Assembly (NCBI GenBank): GCA_964016885.1
Contig: OZ024743.1
Coordinates: forward strand, 207,328,001 to 207,392,000
Origin: Eledone cirrhosa
Lineage: Eukaryota
Length of the DNA stretch: 64,000 bases
Direction: 5' to 3'
Part shown: one piece after another, positions 56,050-64,000 of the stretch
Layout of the letters: each line of letters begins with the position of its first letter
Position numbering within the stretch: position 1 is the stretch's first letter
Translations under genes and position numbers: made by a program
Notes under the pieces: generated by a model
Databases searched by the model: none
What the model was told of the DNA's origin: nothing
What the model saw: only the letters and a program-made list of their open reading frames with translations

Positions 56050-56294
56050 CTTCTTCTTTGCCCACTTATTCCTGAGAGAGTTGTGGGGGCATAGTCCTCA
56101 AACACTCCTTCCAGAAGTAACTGTCTCCAACTGATCCGACTGGATCCTCAAGCAAGATCAGCCAAGCTCATGGATGTTATCTAACCATCTTCCTCGGAAT
56201 CTACCCCTGGGTCTCCTGCCCATAAAATCTGTCCAGTGATTCTTTCCTGAGACATTCTAACCACATGCCCATAGTATCGGAGCTGTGATTTATC
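56050..56294 (-). mobile_element. Second 5'-truncated copy of the same RTE LINE 3' end, with internal deletions and a 9-bp TSD
   Basis: Reverse complement of ~51695-51960. TSD ATCAACTAT at 56041-56049 and 56295-56303. Retains CGA where the first copy has TGA. Confidence 0.88.
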
Positions 56295-56690
56295 ATCAAC
56301 TATGAAACCTTTATTTTTACTTTTTAAGGTAATAGTTTATATTTTTTCGTGTAAGGAAATTAAACTAAATATGTTTCTGTTTTACTATTTAATCAAAAAG
56401 GGAAGGGCAGTTCCCATCACCCCTTTACAAGACCTCTGAGACTGGTGGGGAGAAAAAGGTGTCAAGAAATCAGAGACCTAGGCTAAATGCTTAAAACAGA
56501 ACAAGCTGTTCCACCATCAAGTCACCTTTTGTTTGGCTGATATTTTACTCCAACCAGAAATCTCATTAGCAGCCTGCAGTAGGTTACATAGAAACTTCAA
56601 TTCATATGTCTATCTTTTCCTTCCTCTTGTATCATATATAATTTTCTTGCATCCATATTTAACTGAGAAATATTTTAACTTCCATACTTC

Positions 56691-56731
56691 AAACCCTTGC
56701 AAGCATGGAAAGACAGATGATGATGATGATG
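56691..56731 (+). mobile_element. Short SINE-B-type 3' tail fragment with (GAT)n
   Basis: AACCCTTGCAAGCATGGAAAGACAGATGATGATGATGAT. Confidence 0.6.
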
Positions 56732-56939
56732 ACTTTCCTTCTCCAGATTGCTCTGTGTTTCTGATTCCATCTGATTCTTATTCTGATCTTACTAATAACT
56801 AACTTATGTATGGTGGTACATTCTTCTCTGGGAAGCCATCTGTTTATTCTTTTTTCCATTAAGCATGAAGTCTATTTGGCATGTTCACCTGATTAGTGAT
56901 CAAATAGCTTCCGTACTCTCCTTCTCCAGTCTTTCCTGC

Positions 56940-57520
56940 ATTTCTTATTCTGTCTTGTACCTATTTTGATGTCACTAAAAACTAACTTATTATGTTGTAT
57001 AGGGTATTCTTCTCTGGAGAAGGACTTGGCATTCCTAACAATCTGCCTATCCCATTTTGTAAAATGATAATCCTGCTTGTATGTTTGCCTGATTGATATG
57101 TGATCAGGTGACTGATTGGTTTCCTGAAATCGGTGTTTGCAATGGTTAGCTCATTTGCATCACATAATTCTAGGAGTCTTGATCCCTCTTTATTTCTTGA
57201 ACCATAACCATAGCCACCATGTACCCCAGTGTAGCCATCCTGGTGTTGCCCAACATGTCCATTGAAGTCACTAGCAAGGATGATAAAGTTATTCTCATTT
57301 GTTATTGAAGTTGTCTGTAAGTATTCTTCATAAAAGTAGTTCTTTACTTTTTTAGTGAGTCCAGATTTTGGTGCATAAAAGGAGATAGCTGCTGTCTATG
57401 ACCATACTAAGCTTCATAATACCAACACTAACTATCTCAATTACCATATCTATACATTTCTTAGCTAGTAAAATGCCTACCCCATCATCATTTCCTACCT
57501 AGAAGAACTATTTATACTCT
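56940..57520 (-). mobile_element. RTE-type LINE AP-endonuclease domain remnant
   Basis: Minus strand: GNDDGVGILLAK...AISFYAPKSGL...IILASDFNGHVGQHQDGYTGVHGGYGYGSRNKEGSRLLELCDANELTIANTDFRKPISHLITYQSG. These are the YAP, GDFN and RNxEG motifs of LINE APE domains. Frameshifted. Confidence 0.88.
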
Positions 57521-58063
57521 TTACCTCTCTCTCTCTGAAAGAGAGAGAGAGAGAGTTTCAGATAAAACCAGGCTGTGTGCATATTTTCACAAACATCAGT
57601 TGAATTTTGAATAACATAATGTTTGTGACTGATTTACAAAAAAAAAGAAAAGAAAAGAAAAAGGTAAAAAGAAACCCAGAAGAAACAAATGATAAACAAT
57701 AAATTTAAAACAAAAATGACTTCCTGTTTGTGTAAGATATTTAGATTTTTTGCTCTCTCCTCGATTACTTTATCAACAACAAAATGACAGCCATCTTTTT
57801 TTAAAAAGATGTTTCATCACTCCCTTGATGGTGGGGTTATCTTAATTCTGTGTTTATTGGAGAGTGAATGGGCTGTGAAATAAGAGATGGTCTTGAGAAG
57901 TATATACAACAATATAATTTGCTACTAAGTCACAAATGACACCATTAGATATTTGGGGAGGTGAGAGGAAGGGAGAGAGACAGAGAGAGACAGAGCTGAC
58001 AATTTGTTTGCGAAATTAAAAAATATCCATATTATTATTACTATTATTATTATCATCATCAGC

Positions 58064-58305
58064 AGCAGTGCATTAGCAGAGTTGTTAGAGCGTCAGACAC
58101 CATGCTTTGCAGCATAGAGTTACGCCTCTTTATGTTCTGAGTTCAAATCCTGCCAAAGTTAACTTTGCCTTTCATCTTTACAGGGGTCAATAAAATAAAG
58201 CACCAGTGATGCACTGAGGTCGATTTAATGGAACCCCCCCCCCCCCCCCCCCCCAAAAAAAAATTGTTGGCCTTGTGCCTATAATAGAAATCATTATTAT
58301 TATTA
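58064..58305 (+). mobile_element. SINE family A, full length, (ATT)n tail
   Basis: A-box-like TAGCAGAGTTGTTAG, B box GAGTTCAAATCC, central GCCTTTCATCTTTACAGGGGTCAATAAAATAAAGCACCAGT, poly-C/poly-A stretch, GGCCTTGTGCCTATAATAGAAA end. Confidence 0.88.
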
Positions 58306-58716
58306 TTTTGGTATTTGTTTGCATCAGTCAGCCACCATTTCCTGAAAGTTATCACAGTTTACTTGTTTTCTGACACATTTCTTTGAAAAATAATTATGAA
58401 TTATAAAATAATTTATAAAGGGAAAGATTCTTCAACATTTGATCGTAAGAGCCAACTTCTTTTTTTTAATGTCTTTCCCCTTCCCCTGGATATTTTCCAT
58501 TTTTCAATCATGGCTTCAGCAAAATTTTGACAACATGCATGGACAAAGGATAGGAGAATTGTCAACCCTGCCTATCTTTCTCTCTCTGTCTCTCTCTCTT
58601 TACCTGTAACAACTACTTGAGGTTCTGCACCTCAGACAAGAAGAACAAGTGAATAAAAATATGATAGGACAATCTTTCATTGTTTGGGTCATGCTATTGC
58701 TGTTGGCCACTACTTA

Positions 58717-58899
<183 letters not shown>

Positions 58900-59519
58900 T
58901 ATACTTTTGTATATATAATTTGGTTCATGCTGTTACTTTTGTAAATAAAAGTTGTAGCTACTAACTTTCTCATTAGTTATTTGTTGTTTGGAACATAATA
59001 TAAAGGTTATTTCATAAGATTATGTAGATTATATCTAGATAAATATAAACATTTTAAAACAGTTTTGTATCATAGAACTAGGGACAGTTTCAGGGAACTT
59101 GGTATGAAAAGTATCAATCAGCACACAGATATTAACTTTTATATATTTCACAGCAGTGAACAGTTCAGTGAAAACAACAGATTGTTTCCATATGGGGTCT
59201 CAATAACATCTGGTGTTTAGTCATCTTGTGCAAAATATCAATGACATCTGCTTAGCAGCTGATATCTTTCACTATGTTTCCTGCTATTTAAGCTTAGCAG
59301 CCATGATAAATCCTTCACAAGAGATCAACTTATTATATCTCTGCTGTGAATTTCTATTTTCTTAATTCCATTACACAAATATATCCAGCTATTATGTATG
59401 CTAGGGGTGTCATATGGAAATTTTAAACTTCACTTATATCCCTGAGGATATTTAAAGGGAGTGATTATAGATGGCTCGAGAGAATATATCTTTAGTCTGA
59501 TATGAAATGAATGTGTCAA

Positions 59520-59521
59520 GT

Positions 59522-59559
<38 letters not shown>
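59520..59559. repeat. (GT)n microsatellite
   Basis: Read directly. Confidence 0.95.
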
Positions 59560-59560
<1 letters not shown>

Positions 59561-59564
59561 AATT

Positions 59565-59735
59565 TGGCAGTGAACTGGCAGAATTATTGGAGCATTTAAC
59601 AAAATGTCTTGTAGTATTTGTTCTGGGTATTTATGTTTTGAGTTCAAATCCCACTGCAGTCAACTTTAACTATCAGTCTAGGGTGATGGGTTTGTGGAAT
59701 TGTTAGAGCATAGTACAAAATACTTTGTAGTATTA
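59565..59735 (+). mobile_element. Two tandem truncated SINE-A-like heads
   Basis: GGCAGTGAACTGGCAGAATTATTGGAGCA...GAGTTCAAATCC...GTCAACTTT, followed by GGGTGATGGGTTTGTGGAATTGTTAGAGCATAGTACAAAATACTTTGTAGTATT. Confidence 0.65.
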
Positions 59736-59824
59736 TCTCTGTCTGTGTGTCTCTCTATCTCCCTCTCTGTCTCTCTCTCTCTCTCTGTATACATATATTT
59801 ATATGTATACACACATGCACACAC

Positions 59825-59828
<4 letters not shown>

Positions 59829-59899
<71 letters not shown>
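59829..59899. repeat. (TA)~35 microsatellite within a compound CT/CA/TA tract
   Basis: Read directly. Confidence 0.97.
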
Positions 59900-59905
<6 letters not shown>

Positions 59906-61092
59906 GAAGGCGCATGGCTTAGTGGTTAGAACATTGGGCTTGCAATTGAAAGGTTGTGAGTTCAATTCTCGGACCAGGTGATGTGTTGTTTCCTTGAGCA
60001 AGACACTTTATTTCACATTGCTCCAGTTTACTCAGCTGTAGAAATGAGATGATAGGGACTGGGGTCCCTATCATTCCACTGCAAAGTGGTCGTCGAGGTG
60101 CCACAGCAATAAAGCACCCAGCCCACACTGTAAAGTGGACGTGTAGGCGCCATGGAAAAAAAGCACCCAGCACTCACTGTAAAGTGGACATGTAGGCACC
60201 ATGGAAAAAAAGCATCCAGCACTCACTGTAAAGTGGACGTGTAGGCACCATGGAAAAAAAGCACCCAGCACTCACTGTAAAGTGGACGTGTAGGCGCCAC
60301 GGAAAAAAAGCACCCAGCACTCACTGTAAAGTGGACATGTAGGCACCATGAAAAAAAGCACCCAGCACTCACTGTAAAGTGGACGTGTAGGCGCCACGGA
60401 AAAACAGCACCCAGCACTCACTGTAAAGTGGACATGTAGGCACCATGAAAAAAAGCACCCAGCACTCACTGTAAAGTGGACGTGTAGGCGCCATGGAAAA
60501 AAAGCACCCAGCACTTACTGTAAAGTGGACGTGTAGGCGCCACGGAAAAAAAGCACCCAGCACTCACTGTAAAGTGGACATGTAGGCACCATGGAAAAAA
60601 GCACCCAGCACTCACTTTAAAGTGGACATGTAGGCACCATGGAAAAAAAGCATCCAGCACTCACTGTAAAGTGGACGTGTAGGCACCATGGAAAAAAAGC
60701 GCCCAGCACTCACTGTAAAGTGGACGTGTAGGCACCACGGAAAAAAAGCACCCAGCACTCACTGTAAAGTGGACGTGTAGGCACCACGGAAAAAAAGCAC
60801 CACGGAAAAAAAGCACCCAGCACTCACTGTAAAGTGGACATGTAGGCGCCACGGAAAAAAAGCACCCAGCACTCATTGTAAAGTGGACATGTAGGCACCA
60901 TGGAAAAAAGCACCCAGCACTCACTGTAAATGAGGTTGGTGTTAGGAAGGGCATCCAGCTGTAGAAATCAAGCCAGAATCAGTTCCCGTATGAGCAAGAC
61001 AAGGTCAGCCGACCGGACACTGCCCACAACAGGACAACCCATCTAACCCATGCTAGCGTGGACAAACGGATGTAAAATGGTGATGATGATGA
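59906..61092 (+). mobile_element. CORE-type SINE family B, full length, inflated to ~1.19 kb by an internal minisatellite
   Basis: Head and CORE segment match 52747-52950. The tail TGAGGTTGGTGTTAGGAAGGGCATCCAGCTGTAGAAATCAAGCCAGAATCAGTTCCCGT is identical to 52982-53040. Ends in (GAT)n. Confidence 0.92.
60111..60930. repeat. 48-49-bp minisatellite, ~17 units (AAAGCACCCAGCACTCACTGTAAAGTGGACRTGTAGGCRCCAYGGAAAA)
   Basis: Unit starts at about 60111, 60160, 60209, 60258, 60307, 60355 ... 60859, 60907, with one 16-bp truncated unit at ~60794. Confidence 0.97.
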
Positions 61093-61106
61093 TATATATA
61101 TATATA

Positions 61107-61269
61107 TAATAAAAAGGATGATCTGTTGTGTCTTCATTACGTTTATTGAGCTTTTGATTCCAGAGTCAGGCTAGATCGATACTGATCGAACCATGAGCTG
61201 ATCAATAACGAAACGCGCATCACTACTCAATAAACGTAATAAAGACATAGCAAATCGTCCTTTTTATTA
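61107..61269. mobile_element. 163-bp fold-back element with 44-bp inverted arms (MITE or inverted Penelope-type terminal repeat)
   Basis: 61107-61150 matches the reverse complement of 61226-61269 at 39/44 positions. Confidence 0.75.
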
Positions 61270-61287
61270 TTATTATTATTACACTCT

Positions 61288-61476
61288 AAGGGCGGTGGAT
61301 TGGCAGTATCAGTAGAGGGTCGGATGCCATGCTTTGATGCATAGAGTTATGGCCCTTGCCATGCTGAGTTCAAATCCTGCCGAGGTTAACTTTGCCTGTC
61401 ATCCTTATGGGGTCGATAAAATAAAGTACCAGTAATACACTGAGTAATTGCTGGCCTTGTGCTAAAAGTAGAAACA
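61288..61476 (+). mobile_element. SINE family A with target-site duplication
   Basis: A box TGGCAGTATCAG, B box GAGTTCAAATCC, central domain and 3' end. Direct repeat ATTATTATTACACTCT at 61272-61287 and 61477-61492, partly overlapping the ATT tail. Confidence 0.9.
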
Positions 61477-61603
61477 ATTATTATTACACTCTGCTTAGTT
61501 CTAGACCTCTATACTTACTGGAAACTATGCATGGAGTGCTCACTCTGGTGAACCTACAGTAACTGGACGTTACAATCCCTATATATATATATTTGATGCA
61601 GCC

Positions 61604-61820
61604 AACTGGTCTCCCCTCCTCATAATGGAGCCATCCAGTTCCACACTGTAGATGTAATTGGTGTTAGGAAGGACATCCAGCTGTAAAAATCATGGCCAAA
61701 TTTATAGTTCCATCTGAGCAAGGTACGATGTGGCCAATCTGACCAGACTTGTCTCCTTATGTGGACAACTCATCTAACCCATGCAAGCACGGAAAATGGA
61801 CGTTAAACAGTGATGATGAT
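61604..61820 (+). mobile_element. SINE-B-related 3' tail fragment
   Basis: CACACTGTA...TTGGTGTTAGGAAGGACATCCAGCTGTAAAAA...AACCCATGCAAGCACGGAAAATGGACGTTAAA followed by (GAT)n. Confidence 0.8.
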
Positions 61821-62886
61821 AATAGTCTGTAATTGAGTGGATATTAGGTTTATATATATGTGTGTGAATGTGTGTGTGTATGTGGTGTACTCTTTTCTTC
61901 TTTTGCAAACATTACCAGATCTTGTGATTTAACCGAGACATTTAACAGCCATATTGAAAACAGACTGGCTTTGATGAAACATGTTTCTAAGTCATGATGT
62001 GATTTTTAACTCTAATTAAGGTATGATTAACTTTAGAAATCACTGGTAACCCAACCAAATGCTGTGTAATATTGTTATAAAATAACTATGTGTGTGAGTA
62101 TATATATGTGTATATATGTGTGTATATTGTTTTGTATGTTTTGCTAACTGACTACACAACAATTTATTGTAAAAAGAGCTTATTAACTGGGTTAAAATGA
62201 GTAAAAATGTCAAAAGTAGAGAACCTTTAAACATTTGCACATTGTATCTTCCTTTCCATTACAGTTGTTCCATTGCTGCTTGAATTACAAGTTAATTCAG
62301 TTGTCATTCAGGCTCACCACTTTGCGGTCCTTAAAAGGTCAACATTTTGTTTAAAAGTCCACATGACAAGCCCCACTTTTCATGCTTTTTCTCTCTTTTC
62401 GTCTTCTTTGCTGTGGATGTAATCTCTGTTTTGTGTGTGTGTATGTGTGTGTATGAATATTTGTGTGTGTGTGCATATGTGTCTGGTGGATATCTGCGTG
62501 TGTGTGTGAATTTGTGTTTGTGTGGAAGCATGTATGTGTACATGTAAGGTAGCAAAAGAGGTGAGTGTGTGTGACAGAGAGAGCCTGGGGGAAGAGATGG
62601 AGAATGATAGCAATGGATAGAAACAGAGAAAGGAAGAGATTAGGAAAGAGAGTGTGAGAGAGAGGGGAGAGGCAGAGAGAGAGTTGTTGTTTTTAGTCCA
62701 ATTATTTGGCAGTGATGTTAAAACAACATTGAACTTTGTTTTGTTAATGTTGTTTTTTCTTGATCCAACATCCCTATATTTCTGTTTTATATGATATCTT
62801 TGATTCCGTAATTAAATTAAGTAATTTACTAATTAAACGAACAATTAACTATCTGTCAGATAGATAAATCTAATTTATAACAACAA

Positions 62887-62905
62887 ATGTGTGTGTGTGT
62901 GATTT

Positions 62906-62958
<53 letters not shown>
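62887..62958. repeat. Compound (TG)n/(TA)n/(GA)n microsatellite
   Basis: Read directly. Confidence 0.95.
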
Positions 62959-62961
<3 letters not shown>

Positions 62962-63113
62962 ATATTCCGTTATAACGAATTTTTCAGTATAACAAAATTT
63001 TGTTTCAATCCCCGGCCACACAATGTACTCCAGTCGATCTTGTTATTAAGAATTTTTTGTTACAATGAATTTTTTTTATACCCCATGAATTTCGTTATAA
63101 CGGAATTTTACTG
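62959..63113. mobile_element. Tc1/mariner (pogo/Tigger-like) MITE, left terminus eroded by the (GA)n tract
   Basis: GTAATATTCCGTTATAACGAA (62959-62979) matches the reverse complement of 63091-63111 at 20/21 positions. The right end is ...ACTG followed by TA. Confidence 0.75.
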
Positions 63114-63157
63114 TATACAGTCCTGATGTGTGCAAGTCCTGATGTATGGTGTTGTCA

Positions 63158-63513
63158 TCTGGCCAGACTTGTCTCATAACAAGACCACCCAGTTCCACAC
63201 TGTAAACATGGTTGGTAGTAAGAAGGGCATCCAGCAGCTGTAAAAACCCAACCTAAATACGGTCCCACTATGTGCAAGGCATGGCACGGACAACTGGCCA
63301 GACCTTCCTCATAATGGTACCACCCAGTTTCACACTGTAAACATGGTTGGTGTTAGGAAGGGCATCCAGCTGTAAAAAATTCCAGCAAAAATACAGTTCT
63401 GTTTGAACAAGTTGCGGTGTGGCCAGCTGGCAAGACTTGTCTCATAACATGGACAACCCGTTTAACCCATGCAAGCATGGAAAAATAGACATCAAACAAC
63501 GATGATGATGATG
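63158..63513 (+). mobile_element. SINE-B-related tail with ~2.2 tandem copies of a ~135-bp unit
   Basis: TGGCMAGAC...CTCATAA at ~63160, ~63296 and ~63428. CACACTGTAAACATGGTTGGT...AAGGGCATCCAGC occurs twice. Ends in (GAT)n. Confidence 0.8.
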
Positions 63514-63533
63514 TTAATATTATATATATATAT

Positions 63534-63801
63534 AAAGCGCCCAGTCCACACTGTAAAGTGGTTGTGTAGGAGTCATAACAAAAAGCGCCCAGTCCACACT
63601 GTAAAGTAGTCATGTAGGTGTCACGACAAAAAGCACCCAGCACACACTGTAAATGTCGTTGGCATTAGGAAGGGCATCCAACCGTAGAAACCAAGCCCAA
63701 ATCATTCCTGTGTGAGCAAAACATGGTCCTCTGACCTGATCTCTTATAAAGGGACAGCCTGTCCTACTCATGCTAGCGTGGAAAAATTGATGATGATGAT
63801 G
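63534..63801 (+). mobile_element. 5'-truncated SINE family B with ~2.5 copies of the 48-bp unit
   Basis: AAAGCRCCCAG...CACTGTAAA at ~63534, 63582 and 63630, then the standard tail and (GAT)n. Flanked by (TA)n. Confidence 0.85.
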
Positions 63802-64000
63802 AGATATATATATATATAATGAAGGAAGAGTGGTAAGGAACCAGATGGACCATAATGCACCAAAGTACTCAATACTATATATATATATATATATATATAT
63901 ATTTGGCAGGGATTTCAAGAACAGAGATGTCAATGATTTTCTACCTAACTCTAATTAGGAAATAGCAAACAAGCCTTATGCAGTAGATTAAGGGTCAGCT

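Noticed and set aside
59919-60954. Overlapping Cys/Phe-rich ORFs (MLGAFFPW...) and a CRISPR-like appearance
   Set aside because: These are frame-shifting translations of the 48-49-bp minisatellite inside a SINE; there are no spacers.
62808-62880. TAAT/ATTA-dense segment with hairpin CTATCTG-T-CAGATAG as a homeodomain enhancer
   Set aside because: Expected by chance in very AT-rich DNA; conservation data would be needed.

Overview
Eukaryotic, non-coding, repeat-dominated window. The SINE, LINE and microsatellite families look like those of an octopus/coleoid cephalopod genome; this is my recollection of those families, not a search result. Positions 1-~49,700 are the right-hand part of one satellite array: a 56-bp monomer, roughly 885-890 copies, no ORF of 60 aa or more, with nested block duplications (823, 2,128, ~4,000-4,400 and 6,390 bp). 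The remaining ~14 kb is a patchwork of tRNA-derived SINEs, RTE LINE fragments (two with TSDs), a decayed Penelope-like RT/GIY-YIG element, two MITEs, microsatellites and one near-intact tRNA-Asp(GTC). I see no supportable host protein-coding gene. Main observation: the satellite monomer is homologous to the 5' A-box head of a SINE family present in the same window. A second SINE family carries an internal 48-49-bp unit at about 1, 2.5, 7 and 17 copies in different insertions. The locus therefore appears to show SINE-to-tandem-repeat conversion at several stages.
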